Below, one piece after another: positions 1-9,231 of a stretch of DNA of 32,000 nucleotides. The stretch lies in assembly GCF_001457615.1 (NCBI RefSeq), contig NZ_LN831024.1, positions 3,150,001 through 3,182,000 on the forward strand, read 5' to 3'. The notes beneath the pieces are model-generated. The model searched no databases. It worked only from the letters and a program-made list of their open reading frames with translations, and was not told where the DNA came from. This DNA comes from Pseudomonas aeruginosa. GTDB taxonomy: Bacteria; Pseudomonadota; Gammaproteobacteria; Pseudomonadales; Pseudomonadaceae. Within the stretch, counting starts at the first letter, position 1, and every line of letters starts with the position of its first letter. The position numbers and the translations under genes are program-made.

Positions 1-39
1 GTACAGGCGTCGAAGTCCTTGAACATGACGGAACTCTCC

Positions 40-531
40 TCAATGGCTATCGGAAGATGGCGGCGAACGGTTCAGGCAGGCCAGGACATGCAGCACCAGT
101 AGCGCCAGGACCGTCCCGAGCACCGCGGTACCCTGGTGACCGAGTCCGACCGCGACGCCTATGGCGGTGCTGGCCCAGAGACCCGCCGCGGTGGTCAGGC
201 CCCTGACCCGGCTTTCCCGACCTGCCTTGAGGATGGTGCCGGCGCAGAGGAAGCCGATGCCGGCGACGGTGCCCTGGATCACCCGGCTCAGCGCGTCCGC
301 CCCGCCACCCTGCAATTGCAGCGGCATGACGAACAGCGCCGCGCCGAGGGTTACCAGCATGTGCGTGCGCAGGCCGGCGGCCTTGCCGCTCTGCTCGCGC
401 TCGTAGCCGAGTACCGCGCCGAGCGCCGCCGCCAGCAGCAGGCGCAACGCGGCGCGGGCGGTCTGCTCGAAGTCGGCGAGATCGGCGAACTCCTCGCCGA
501 GGATCTTCCACAACGTCTCCCAGGCGCTCAT
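40..531 (-). CDS. MgtC/SapB-family inner membrane protein
   Basis: ORF track frame 40..567; likely start MSAWETLW at 531. Multiple hydrophobic segments with the MgtC-like motif LLLAAALGAVLGYEREQSGKAAGLRTHMLVTLGAALF. Confidence 0.88.
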   Translation of the reverse strand: MSAWETLWKILGEEFADLADFEQTARAALRLLLAAALGAVLGYEREQSGKAAGLRTHMLVTLGAALFVMPLQLQGGGADALSRVIQGTVAGIGFLCAGTILKAGRESRVRGLTTAAGLWASTAIGVAVGLGHQGTAVLGTVLALLVLHVLACLNRSPPSSDSH

Positions 532-662
532 CGGCGTTGTATCTCGCTGTAGCGCAGGGCACCGCAACGCAGGCAGCGCTCGCAGTCGAAGGTTTCCTCA
601 CCCAGTCGCAACGCCGGTTGCCGGCACCAGTCGCAACCGCCTATCAGGCAACGCAAGGTCAT
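528..662 (-). CDS. Small Cys-rich (zinc-ribbon-like) protein, 44 aa, not in the supplied ORF track
   Basis: Hand translation MTLRCLIGGCDWCRQPALRLGEETFDCERCLRCGALRYSEIQRR*. SD-like GGGAGG lies 6 nt before the ATG; its TGA overlaps the downstream ATG at 531 (ATGA). Confidence 0.6.
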   Translation of the reverse strand: MTLRCLIGGCDWCRQPALRLGEETFDCERCLRCGALRYSEIQRR

Positions 663-758
663 CCGGGTCCTCCCGCCGAATCGCTCGGCCAGCCGCCCTT
701 TCCAGCTGTGACCGACGAGACGACGGGAAGGTGCGATCGGATTCGCCAGCGGCGCTCC

Positions 759-2888
759 TCAGGCGGGGATCGCCTTGGTCGCCGCCTCGCGCTGCCAGAT
801 CCGGTGCTGCATCAATGCCTGGCGCAGGCCGGGGAAGACATCGGTGGCCGTGGCGCCGAGCACCACGCCGGGGTCGCCAGGCAACGAAAGCTGGCTGGCC
901 AGCGCCTGGGCATCGCCGGCGAAGGCCACTGGCTTCAGGTGCTTGTAGGCTTCCAGCAGGTAGTGCAGGCCGCGTCCGTCAGCGCCGATGGCCTGGCTGC
1001 TGGCCGCGCCGCCAGGCACGAAGACCGCGTCGAAGGCTACCGACGGCAGGCCGTCCCAGGTTCCCTCAGGGCTCAGTTCGGCGCCGTTTTCAGCCTGCAC
1101 CGGCGAAGCGCTGGGCGCGATCAGCTTGGCGTCCGCGCCCTCCTGGCGGAGCGCGTCGCGCAGGTCGCTGACGTCGCTCTCGGCGACGCCGTCGGCGATC
1201 AGGATCGCCACCTTGCGCGAACGGATGTCGCCGGACAGCAGGTTCATCTGGCTCAGCGCCGGCGACGGCTTCGGCTGCGGTGCCGGGTTGGCCGGCGCGG
1301 CGAGCTGCACACCGACGTTCGCCGCGACCCTGGCGGCCAGTTGCGGATCGATGTTGAGGAGTATCTGGTTGACTTCGCGCTCACGGATCGATTGCCGCTC
1401 GACCTTGGACAGTTCGAAGCTGTAGGCGGCGACGATATGCGCCTGCTCGGCCTCGCTCATGCTGTGCCAGAACAATGCGGCCTGGCTGAAATGATCGGCG
1501 AAGGAGTCGGCGCGCTTGCGCAGCTTGCTGCCGCTGACCGGCTCGTGGTAGGTGGAGAAGCCGCCGTTGCGCGCCGCCGGCGGGGTTTCCTTCGGCCAGC
1601 CGCCGTCGATCGAGTTCGGTTCATAGGAAGCCCGGCCGCGGTTGATGGTCTGCCGGTGCGGCGCGTCGCGCTGGTTGTTGTGGAACGGACACAGCGGGCG
1701 GTTGATCGGGATTTCGTTGAAGTTCGGCCCGCTCAGGCGCAGCAGTTGGGTGTCGGTATAGGAGAACAGCCGACCCTGCAACAGCGGGTCGTTGGTGAAG
1801 TCGATTCCGGGGACCACGTGGCCGACGTGGAACGCCACCTGTTCGGTCTCGGCGAAGAAATTGTCGGGGTTGCGGTTGAGTACCATCCGCCCCACCACCC
1901 TTACCGGCACCAACTCCTCGGGCACCAGCTTGGTGGGGTCGAGCAGGTCGAAGTCGAAGCTGTCCTGCTGGTTCTCCGGGATCACCTGCAGGCCCAGCTC
2001 CCATTCGGGATAGTCGCCCTTCTCGATGTCCTCCCAGAGGGTCCGCCGGTTGAAGTCGGGGTCCTTGCCGGCGAGCTTCTGCGCCTCGTCCCAGACCAGC
2101 GAGCAGGTCCCGGACTTCGGTCGCCAGTGGAACTTGACCAGCACGCTCTCGCCGGCCGCGTTGACCAGGCGGAAGGTGTGCACGCCGAAGCCCTGCATGT
2201 TGCGGTAGGCGATCGGAATGGCGCGGTCGGACATCAGCCACATGACCATGTGCGCCGACTCCGGGGTCAGCGAAACGAAGTCCCAGAAGGTGTCGTGGGC
2301 AGACGCTCCGGTGGGAATCTCGTTGTGCGGCTCGGGTTTCACCGCATGGACGAAGTCGGGGAACTTGATCGCATCCTGGATGAAGAATACCGGCATGTTG
2401 TTGCCGACTAGGTCGAAGTTGCCTTCGTCGGTATAGAACTTCACGGCGAAGCCGCGTACGTCACGCACCGTATCCGCGGACCCGCGCGGCCCCTGCACGG
2501 TGGAGAAACGCACGAAGACCGGGGTACGCTTGCCCGCCTCGGCGAGGAAGCCGGCCTTGGTCAGGTCGCTGAGGTCCTCGTAGGCCTCGAAGTAGCCATG
2601 CGCCGCCGAGCCACGAGCGTGGACCACGCGCTCGGGAATGCGCTCGTGGTCGAAGTGGGTGATCTTCTCGCGCATGATGAAGTCTTCGAGCAACGACGGT
2701 CCGCGCTCGCCGGCCTTCAGGGTGTTCTGGTTATCGGCGATGCGGGTGCCGGTATTGGTGCTCAGGGCCTCTCCGGTGGCGTCCTCGCGATAGGCCTCCA
2801 GCTGTTCCAGCTTGGCGTTGCTGTTGCCACGGTCGACGGTGTCGGTGCCGGCCGCCTGGCTGCGCTGCTCGTTGTTCTGCTCGCTCAT
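759..2888 (-). CDS. katE: Large-subunit monofunctional catalase HPII (KatE), with C-terminal DJ-1/PfpI-like domain
   Basis: 709 aa. Catalase motifs [43 protein letters not shown] and [10 protein letters not shown]-terminal [26 protein letters not shown] resembles the HPII flavodoxin/DJ-1-like domain. SD GAGAGGA before ATG. Confidence 0.96.
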   Translation of the reverse strand: MSEQNNEQRSQAAGTDTVDRGNSNAKLEQLEAYREDATGEALSTNTGTRIADNQNTLKAGERGPSLLEDFIMREKITHFDHERIPERVVHARGSAAHGYFEAYEDLSDLTKAGFLAEAGKRTPVFVRFSTVQGPRGSADTVRDVRGFAVKFYTDEGNFDLVGNNMPVFFIQDAIKFPDFVHAVKPEPHNEIPTGASAHDTFWDFVSLTPESAHMVMWLMSDRAIPIAYRNMQGFGVHTFRLVNAAGESVLVKFHWRPKSGTCSLVWDEAQKLAGKDPDFNRRTLWEDIEKGDYPEWELGLQVIPENQQDSFDFDLLDPTKLVPEELVPVRVVGRMVLNRNPDNFFAETEQVAFHVGHVVPGIDFTNDPLLQGRLFSYTDTQLLRLSGPNFNEIPINRPLCPFHNNQRDAPHRQTINRGRASYEPNSIDGGWPKETPPAARNGGFSTYHEPVSGSKLRKRADSFADHFSQAALFWHSMSEAEQAHIVAAYSFELSKVERQSIREREVNQILLNIDPQLAARVAANVGVQLAAPANPAPQPKPSPALSQMNLLSGDIRSRKVAILIADGVAESDVSDLRDALRQEGADAKLIAPSASPVQAENGAELSPEGTWDGLPSVAFDAVFVPGGAASSQAIGADGRGLHYLLEAYKHLKPVAFAGDAQALASQLSLPGDPGVVLGATATDVFPGLRQALMQHRIWQREAATKAIPA

Positions 2889-2917
2889 CGGTTTCCTCTC
2901 CTCATCCTGGGCATGAA

Positions 2918-2950
2918 AATGGGGCGGATGCCTCCCTGCTCCGCCCCATT
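2918..2950 (-). terminator. Strong hairpin between the KGG-protein gene and katE; terminator or attenuator
   Basis: AATGGGGCGGA / N11 / TCCGCCCCATT: 11-bp perfect arms followed on the minus strand by TTTTC. Starts 19 nt after the upstream stop codon and ends about 30 nt before the katE ATG. Confidence 0.7.
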
Positions 2951-2968
2951 CACTTCACTGCGCGGTTA

Positions 2969-3136
2969 TCAGTTCCCGCCGTGGCTGCGCTGGCCACCTT
3001 TCTTGCCAGCCTCGGAGGCCCGCTGCGGATCGTTCTTGAAGTTGCCGCCGCTGGCCTGGCCGCCCTTCTTGCCGGCCTCCGAAGCACGTTTCGGGTCTTC
3101 CGCGAAGTTGCCTTTACCACCTTGATGCTGTGCCAT
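2969..3136 (-). CDS. KGG/GsiB-YciG-like stress-induced small protein, 55 aa
   Basis: Translation MAQHQGGKGNFAEDPKRASEAGKKGGQASGGNFKNDPQRASEAGKKGGQRSHGGN; two copies of the GNFxxDPxRASEAGKKGGQ unit. Confidence 0.9.
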   Translation of the reverse strand: MAQHQGGKGNFAEDPKRASEAGKKGGQASGGNFKNDPQRASEAGKKGGQRSHGGN

Positions 3137-3384
3137 TTCTATTTCCTCCGAATAATCTCTTCAGAACAGATTTCATGGACGCATGCGTTGCGCATGCCCT
3201 AACTCTGAGAGGGTGTTTCGCCAGTGGTTCAGATTATTTTCAGCGAATGAAAGCGAAGCGCTTTGCCAGCATGTTTTGAGCGCAATCCATAGGGTTCAAA
3301 GATCCTTGCCTTATTCCATTGCCAGCATTGACAGGAATCCCCGAATTGCGTCAGATGAAAGCCCGCACATCTCGGAGGAGCACC

Positions 3385-3549
3385 ATGAAACCCTACGAGC
3401 ATCCGGCCTACAGCGATCCCATGGTAAGCAACGAAGAACCCGATCGCGATTGCCATGAATGGAATTTCGAACCGGGAGACAGTGATCAGGAACCCTACCC
3501 CGAATATCATGGAGCGAATACCGAAGAATGCCCAGGCGGAGGCACTTAA
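3385..3549 (+). CDS. Small acidic hypothetical protein, 54 aa
   Basis: MKPYEHPAYSDPMVSNEEPDRDCHEWNFEPGDSDQEPYPEYHGANTEECPGGGT; SD CGGAGGAGCACC before ATG. Internal start within ORF 3319..3549. Confidence 0.5.
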   Translation: MKPYEHPAYSDPMVSNEEPDRDCHEWNFEPGDSDQEPYPEYHGANTEECPGGGT

Positions 3550-3634
3550 TTATTCTTTTCTATTGCAACCCCTGACATTCCGATAGACCCATTCAATAAT
3601 TAATCGTCGAACTTTAAAACAAATGGAACTCGCC

Positions 3635-4033
3635 ATGGAAAACAGTGACGAAGTGCGATTCCAGCACTATTTCATTTCTCTCGTGGAACAGGTGGCGAAA
3701 CCGCTTTTCGTCGACTCCTGCGAAGAGGCGCGCAGCTACGGCCTGGACTGCAACGTGGACCTCGACCTCGACGAGGACGGCCATCCTCGCCTGCGCCTGG
3801 AAGTCGGCGAGCCGGGAGGCGAGAAAAGCCACTACAGCCTGCTGGCGATTCCCGGCGAGCGGGTCATCCATCGCCAGTACCTGGCCGGGGCCCAGGAATG
3901 GCACAGCCTGCCGGCCGAGCTGGCGTCGATCAACCCGATGGTGCTGGACAGCGAGCTGGCGGTATTCTTCCGCCGCGCCTTCGACCTTCGCCTGGAGGGC
4001 CCCGAACGCCGTCACCCGGCCGGCTTCTGGTAA
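3635..4033 (+). CDS. Conserved hypothetical acidic protein
   Basis: ORF 3623..4033, start at MENSDEVRF or MELAMEN; no known domain recognised; convergent with glgP. Confidence 0.75.
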   Translation: MENSDEVRFQHYFISLVEQVAKPLFVDSCEEARSYGLDCNVDLDLDEDGHPRLRLEVGEPGGEKSHYSLLAIPGERVIHRQYLAGAQEWHSLPAELASINPMVLDSELAVFFRRAFDLRLEGPERRHPAGFW

Positions 4034-4039
4034 GGCCCT

Positions 4040-6478
4040 TCATAGCTTCCAGATATCCCGGGCGTATTCGCTGATCGTCCGGTCGGCGCTGAACCAGCCG
4101 ATCCGCGCCACGTTGAGCAACGCCGAGCGCCACCAGCGATCGGGCTCGCGCCAGACTTCCTCGACCCGGCACTGCGCATGCCAGTAGGCCTCGAAGTCGG
4201 CGCAGAGCATGAAGCGGTCGTCGTGCACCAGGCCGTCCACCAGCCCTTCGTAGCGGCTGCGGTCGTCGGCCGAGAACAGCCCGCTGCGGATCGCCTCCAG
4301 GGCTTCCTCCAGCCGCGGCGAGGCCGCGATCACCCCGCCCATCTCCAGCTCCCCGGCCTGCCGGCGCTGCTCCACCTGCTGGGCGCTGAGGCCGAAGATG
4401 AACATGTGTTCCAGGCCGATCCGCTGGCTCATCTCGACGTTGGCGCCGTCCAGGGTGCCGATGGTCAGCGCGCCGTTGAGGGCGAACTTCATGTTGCTGG
4501 TCCCGGAGGCCTCGAGCCCGGCGGTGGAAATCTGCTCGGAGAGGTCCGCCGCGGGAATGATCGCCTCGGCCAGGCTGACGTTGTAGTTGGGCAGGAACAC
4601 CAGCTTGAGCAGGCCGCGCACGGTGGGGTCGTCGTTGATGGTGCGGGCGATGTCGTTGGCCAGCTTGATGATCAGCTTGGCCTGGTGGTAGCTGGCGGCA
4701 GCCTTGCCGGCGAAGATCTTCACCCGCGGCACGCGGTCGGCGGTCGGGTCGTTGCGGATCTCCTGGTACAGCGCCACGGTGTGCAGCAGGTTGAGCAACT
4801 GCCGCTTGTATTCGTGGATACGCTTGATATGCACATCGAACAGCGCTTCCGGTTCGATCGCCACGCCGAGGCTGTCCAGCACCAGGCGCGCCAGGGCGGT
4901 CTTGTTCTGCCGACGCTGCTCGGCGAAGCGTGCCCGCAGCCTGGCGTCCTCGACGTGTTCCTCGAGGTCCGGCAGGCGCCGTTCCGGGGTGTCCAGCAGG
5001 TCGGCGCCGAGGGTCTCCACCAGCAGCTCGGTCAACCCCGGGTTGGCCTGGAACAGCCAGCGGCGGAACGACACGCCGTTGGTCTTGTTGCTGATGCGCT
5101 GCGGATAGAGGCGATGCAGGTCATGGAACACGGTTTCGCGCATCAGCTCGGTGTGCAATGCCGATACCCCGTTGATCTGGTGCGAACCGAGGAACGCCAG
5201 GTTGCCCATGCGCACCCGTCGGCCGTGGCCCTCCTCGATCAGGCTGACCGAACGCAACAGGTCGAAGTCGTGGATGTCCTGGGCACGCAGCGCGTCTATA
5301 TGGAAGGCATTGATCAGGTAGATGATCTGCATGTGGCGCGGCAACAGGCGCTCCATCAGCGCCACCGGCCAGGATTCCAGGGCTTCCGGGAGCAGCGTGT
5401 GGTTGGTGTAGGACAAGGTCGCCACGCTCAGCGCCCAGGCGTCCGGCCAGGCCAGTTGGTGCACGTCCACCAGTTGCCGCATCAGCTCGGCGACGGCGAT
5501 CGCCGGGTGGGTGTCGTTGAGCTGGATCGCCACCTGTTCCGGCAGGCTACGCAGGTCGTGATGATGGCGCAGGTGGCGGTCGAGCAGGTCCTGCAGCGAG
5601 GCTGAGACGAAGAAGTACTCCTGGCGCAGGCGCAGTTCCTGACCGGCCTCGGTGCTGTCGGCCGGATACAGCACCCGCGAGATGCTCTCCGCCTTGACCA
5701 CGTCGACCACCGCGCCGATATGGTCGCCGGCGTTGAAACGGTCCAGTTGCAGGTCTTCCTCGGCGCGAGCGCGCCACAGGCGCAGGGTATTGACGCTGGC
5801 ACGCCGCCAGCCGACGATCGGCGTGTCGTAGGCGATCGCCCGGATCCGCTCGTCCGGCCGCCAGATGGCTCGGCCACTGTGCTCGCTGTCGACCTGCACG
5901 CTGCCGCCGAAGTCGATGTAGTAGCTGACCTCGGGTCGTTCGAACTCCCAGGGATTGCCGAAATCCAGCCAGGTCTCGGTCTGCTCCTGCTGCCAGCCGT
6001 CGGTCAGCACCTGGCGGAACAGGCCATGCTCGTAGCGGATGCCATAGCCATGCGCGGGAATGTCGAGGCTGGCCATGCTTTCCATGAAGCATGCCGCCAG
6101 GCGTCCGAGGCCGCCGTTGCCGAGCGCCGCGTCCGGCTCCAGGGCAACGATCCGCTGCAGGTCGACGCCCAGCTCGGCAAGGGCCTGGCGGGTTTCCTCG
6201 AGCAGCCCGAGGTTGCCGAGGTTGTCCAGCAACAGGCGACCGATGAGGAACTCCAGGGACAGGTAGTAGACCCGCTTGCGCGCGGGCGCTTCACCTTGCG
6301 GGGTGGCCTCCTCCCAGTGGTCGATGATGTGGTCGCGCACCGCCAGGGCCACCGCTTCGAACCAGTCGTGCGGGCAGGCGGTGGATGGGTCGCGGCCGAC
6401 GCTGTAGCGCAGTTTGGCGAGGATGCTGGCTTTCAGGGTCTGGACCGCACTTGGGGTCTGGTCTTGGCTGTCGGGCAT
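4040..6478 (-). CDS. glgP: Glycogen/maltodextrin phosphorylase
   Basis: 812 aa; YYLSLEFLIGRLLLDNLGNLG and PLP-site signature EASGTSNMKFALNGALTIGTLDGANVEM. Confidence 0.96.
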   Translation of the reverse strand: MPDSQDQTPSAVQTLKASILAKLRYSVGRDPSTACPHDWFEAVALAVRDHIIDHWEEATPQGEAPARKRVYYLSLEFLIGRLLLDNLGNLGLLEETRQALAELGVDLQRIVALEPDAALGNGGLGRLAACFMESMASLDIPAHGYGIRYEHGLFRQVLTDGWQQEQTETWLDFGNPWEFERPEVSYYIDFGGSVQVDSEHSGRAIWRPDERIRAIAYDTPIVGWRRASVNTLRLWRARAEEDLQLDRFNAGDHIGAVVDVVKAESISRVLYPADSTEAGQELRLRQEYFFVSASLQDLLDRHLRHHHDLRSLPEQVAIQLNDTHPAIAVAELMRQLVDVHQLAWPDAWALSVATLSYTNHTLLPEALESWPVALMERLLPRHMQIIYLINAFHIDALRAQDIHDFDLLRSVSLIEEGHGRRVRMGNLAFLGSHQINGVSALHTELMRETVFHDLHRLYPQRISNKTNGVSFRRWLFQANPGLTELLVETLGADLLDTPERRLPDLEEHVEDARLRARFAEQRRQNKTALARLVLDSLGVAIEPEALFDVHIKRIHEYKRQLLNLLHTVALYQEIRNDPTADRVPRVKIFAGKAAASYHQAKLIIKLANDIARTINDDPTVRGLLKLVFLPNYNVSLAEAIIPAADLSEQISTAGLEASGTSNMKFALNGALTIGTLDGANVEMSQRIGLEHMFIFGLSAQQVEQRRQAGELEMGGVIAASPRLEEALEAIRSGLFSADDRSRYEGLVDGLVHDDRFMLCADFEAYWHAQCRVEEVWREPDRWWRSALLNVARIGWFSADRTISEYARDIWKL

Positions 6479-6530
6479 CGCCGGGCTTCCTTCCGGCCCG
6501 CCGCTGCAGGCCGGTGCTTGCGGGGTTTTC

Positions 6531-6818
6531 TCAGGCGCTCTTGCGTACCGGCACGGCGGCCGCCGCGCTTTCCTGGCGCAGGCGGTCGAGCAGGTCGTGG
6601 CCGGCCAGGGTCAGGTGGTGGACCACCCATTGCTCCTGGCCGGTCCAGGAATGCTGGACGCTGCCGCAGAGCAGTTGCGCCTGGTTGAGCAACTGCAAGT
6701 GGTAGGCCACCGCCTCGCGGCAATGACCGGGTAGCTCGCGTGCTTCCCAGTGCTGGCCGAAGCCAAGGCTTTCCAGATGCTCCAGCAGATCCCTGATCAA
6801 CCCCCAGTCGCGTTTCAT
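6531..6818 (-). CDS. DUF2513-like small protein
   Basis: MKRDWGLIRDLLEHLESLG...AVAYHLQLLNQAQLL...LTLAGHDLLDRLR matches the MKRDxxLIRxILLxIE pattern. AAGGAG lies 7 nt before this ATG; the track start at 6824 has poor SD spacing. Confidence 0.75.
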   Translation of the reverse strand: MKRDWGLIRDLLEHLESLGFGQHWEARELPGHCREAVAYHLQLLNQAQLLCGSVQHSWTGQEQWVVHHLTLAGHDLLDRLRQESAAAAVPVRKSA

Positions 6819-7267
6819 CGGCATGCTCCTTGTCTGCGTCGCGGCCGGCCGTTCCGGCTACCTAGAAGCGGAGTCGCGGCGGCCGCGATGGTTCATTCTT
6901 TTTCGCCGGCGGCCCGCCTGTCCGCACGACGGAACCGCCGGGCGCCGGCGTCAGTCGGGAGGAATGCCGTTGCCAACGGTCGGTGTGCGGACTGGCGCGA
7001 GAGCTGGAGCGCAGCTTCACTGAGCAGTGACCTTTCCCGTATCCCGGCAGGAGCGCTCCGATGCAGGCTTTCATGGTTCATTTCTCAGACGCCGGACAAC
7101 CCGGCCGGACCGTGCTCACCACTTTCGCGCCAACCCTCAGCACCAGCGAGGCGCACGTTCGCCTGCAACTCTGCTATCCCCTGCTGTTCCCGCAGCGTCT
7201 GAGCGCGGTGCGGGTCTACCCCTGCTGCCGGCGGCGGCACGCGAGTGAACGCGGCCGCCGGGGCGCC

Positions 7268-8128
7268 TCAGCCGTTGACTACCGTACCGCCGTTGACGTG
7301 CAGCACCTGGCCGCTGACGTAGGACGAGTCGTTACAGGCCAGGTAGACGTAGCTGGCGGCCAGCTCTTCCGGCTGGCCGGGCCGGCCCATCGGCGTATCC
7401 GCGCCGAAGTGGGCGACCTTCTCGGCGCTGAAGGTGGACGGGATCAGCGGCGTCCAGATCGGGCCCGGGGCCACGGCGTTGACGCGGATGCCGCGGTTGA
7501 CCAGGTTCATCGACAGCGACCGGGTGAACGAGGTGATCGCGCCCTTGGTCGAGGAATAGTCGATCAGCTGGGGGTTGCCCTTGTAGGCGGTGATCGAGGT
7601 GGTGTTGATGATCGCCCCGCCCTTGCCCATCAGCGGCAGGGCCGCCTTGGTCAACTGGAACATGCCGAAGATGTTGGTGCGGAAGGTCTTCTCCCACTGC
7701 TCTTCGCTGATGTCCTCCAGGCGCGCCTGCGGATGCTGCTCGCCGGCGTTGTTGACCAGCACGTCGAGGCGCCCCCATTTCTGCCTTAGCGTGTCCACAA
7801 CCTGGCGGCAGAAGCCGGCGTCGGCGACGTCGCCGGCGAACGCCAGGCACTGGCGGCCGAGCGACTCGATGATCTCGCGGGTCTTCGCCGCGTCTTCGTT
7901 CTCATCCAGGTAGACCAGCACCACATCCGCCTTCTCGCGGGCGAAAGCCACCGCCACCGCGCGGCCGATACCACTGTCGCCGCCGGTGACCAGGGCCACC
8001 TTACCCTCCAGCTTGGCCGCCGGACGGTAATCGGCGGAAACGAACTCCGGCTTCGGCTGCATCTCGCTTTCGTGGCCGGGACGTTGGTCCTGGTGCTGCG
8101 CCGGCAGGGTCTGTCGCTGTTCGCTCAT
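7268..8128 (-). CDS. Short-chain dehydrogenase/reductase (YhdF/YghA-like glucose/ribitol dehydrogenase type)
   Basis: TGGDSGIGRAVAVAFA nucleotide-binding motif, NNAGEQ, and YSSTKGAI catalytic Tyr/Lys. Start MSEQRQT at 8128 within ORF 7268..8350. Confidence 0.93.
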   Translation of the reverse strand: MSEQRQTLPAQHQDQRPGHESEMQPKPEFVSADYRPAAKLEGKVALVTGGDSGIGRAVAVAFAREKADVVLVYLDENEDAAKTREIIESLGRQCLAFAGDVADAGFCRQVVDTLRQKWGRLDVLVNNAGEQHPQARLEDISEEQWEKTFRTNIFGMFQLTKAALPLMGKGGAIINTTSITAYKGNPQLIDYSSTKGAITSFTRSLSMNLVNRGIRVNAVAPGPIWTPLIPSTFSAEKVAHFGADTPMGRPGQPEELAASYVYLACNDSSYVSGQVLHVNGGTVVNG

Positions 8129-8153
8129 GGTGGTTTCCTCTCTGTCGGACGCC

Positions 8154-8672
8154 TCAGGCGCGTTCGCCGCGCAAGGCGCGTTGATGGAATTCGGGCAGGC
8201 GCCGCAGCGCCCAGCGGGTGGCTTCCCGGCGCATCCGCGCGGGGTCGCCGTGGAAGCGCTCGCGGCGCGAGAACAGGGCGAGGCCGGCGGGCAACCGGAA
8301 GGCCCAGGCGAAGCACACGGTACCGGGCGGGATGCCGTCCTTCGCTTCACTGCCGAGCAACCCCGTGACCGCCAGCGCGGCGCTCGCCGGACTGCGTTGC
8401 AGGGCCGCCCTGGCCATGGCCTCGGCGACCTCCACGCTGGTCAGGTTGAAACGCTCCAGCCAGTTCGGGTCGAGCCCCAGCAGGGCAAGCTTGGCCGCCG
8501 GCGAATAGACGACGAAGCCGCCTTCCATCACCTTGCCGCTGCCGGCCACCGCCGACAGTTCGGCGCTGATCTGCCCGGCAGTACAGGATTCCGCGGTGAT
8601 CAGGCTGAGGTCGGCGCTACGCAGGTAGGTCACCAGGCGAGAGGCCTCGTCCGCGAGTTGCAGGTCGGGCAT
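8154..8672 (-). CDS. Stand-alone CinA C-terminal (PncC-like amidohydrolase) domain protein
   Basis: TAESCTAGQISAELSAVAGSGKVMEGGFVVYS and AVTGLLGSE...PPGTVCFAW, typical of the CinA-C/PncC family. Confidence 0.9.
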   Translation of the reverse strand: MPDLQLADEASRLVTYLRSADLSLITAESCTAGQISAELSAVAGSGKVMEGGFVVYSPAAKLALLGLDPNWLERFNLTSVEVAEAMARAALQRSPASAALAVTGLLGSEAKDGIPPGTVCFAWAFRLPAGLALFSRRERFHGDPARMRREATRWALRRLPEFHQRALRGERA

Positions 8673-8682
8673 GGCACGCTCC

Positions 8683-8922
8683 TCAGGGCGAGATCGGGTC
8701 GCTGGCGGGAAAGGTCTCCTTCAACGCGTCGTCCAGCTGGCGATCCTCCGCCACCTGGGGCCGGGTGGTGCCGCCACAGGGGCAATCGGCGTCGCGACAC
8801 GGCTCGCCCTGGGGGTGGCCGCTGGCGCAGGCCGCGCAGCAATAGTGCTGGCCGTCGCGTTCGACGGCATCGGCGCCGGGCTGGCAGGTGCATTTGGGAC
8901 AGGCACAGGTTTCGCTGTTCAT
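8683..8922 (-). CDS. Bacterial metallothionein (SmtA-like)
   Basis: 79 aa with Cys/His clusters CACPKCTCQPG, HYCCAACASGH and CRDADCPCGG. Confidence 0.93.
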   Translation of the reverse strand: MNSETCACPKCTCQPGADAVERDGQHYCCAACASGHPQGEPCRDADCPCGGTTRPQVAEDRQLDDALKETFPASDPISP

Positions 8923-8941
8923 GGGCAGTCTCCAGTGGGGT

Positions 8942-9157
8942 TCACTTGCTGTGTTCCGGCGAGGTCACCGGGCGCAAGCCACGGGGGCCGGTCCAGCCCC
9001 AGAGGACCAGGCCGAGCACGGGCAGGAGCAGGATCAGCAGCGACCAGCCGAGCTTGCGACTGGCGGAGCTGTCGCTGCGGAGCACGCTGTTGATGGCCCA
9101 GGCATCCACCAGGAGCAACAGGACCAGCAGCGCGAGGATCAGGTAGGCGGTATCCAT
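8942..9157 (-). CDS. Small membrane protein, PLDc_N-like (cardiolipin synthase N-terminal type), 71 aa
   Basis: MDTAYLILALLVLLLLVDAWAINSVLRSDSSASRKLGWSLLILLLPVLGLVLWGWTGPRGLRPVTSPEHSK; two TM segments with an RKLGW...LLPVLGLVLW motif. Nested at the 3' end of spurious frame 8942..10309. Confidence 0.85.
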   Translation of the reverse strand: MDTAYLILALLVLLLLVDAWAINSVLRSDSSASRKLGWSLLILLLPVLGLVLWGWTGPRGLRPVTSPEHSK

Positions 9158-9231
9158 CGGGGCCTCCTCGGCATCTCGTTGCACGGTGGAGGCCCTGTGC
9201 GCCGGGGGAGTTCCGCCTTTTTCGCGGACGG

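Noticed and set aside
537-2411. Long plus-strand ORF (624 aa) opposite katE
   Set aside because: Low-complexity composition without domain motifs, fully antisense to a clear catalase. Typical high-GC artefact.
4178-5605. Plus-strand ORF (475 aa) opposite glgP
   Set aside because: Antisense shadow ORF of a confidently identified phosphorylase; no recognisable motif.
7061-7789. Plus-strand ORF starting MQAFMVHFSDAGQPG with a fair SD
   Set aside because: The first ~65 codons look natural, but it runs on antisense through the SDR gene with no motifs. Could be a degraded gene start, but not supportable.
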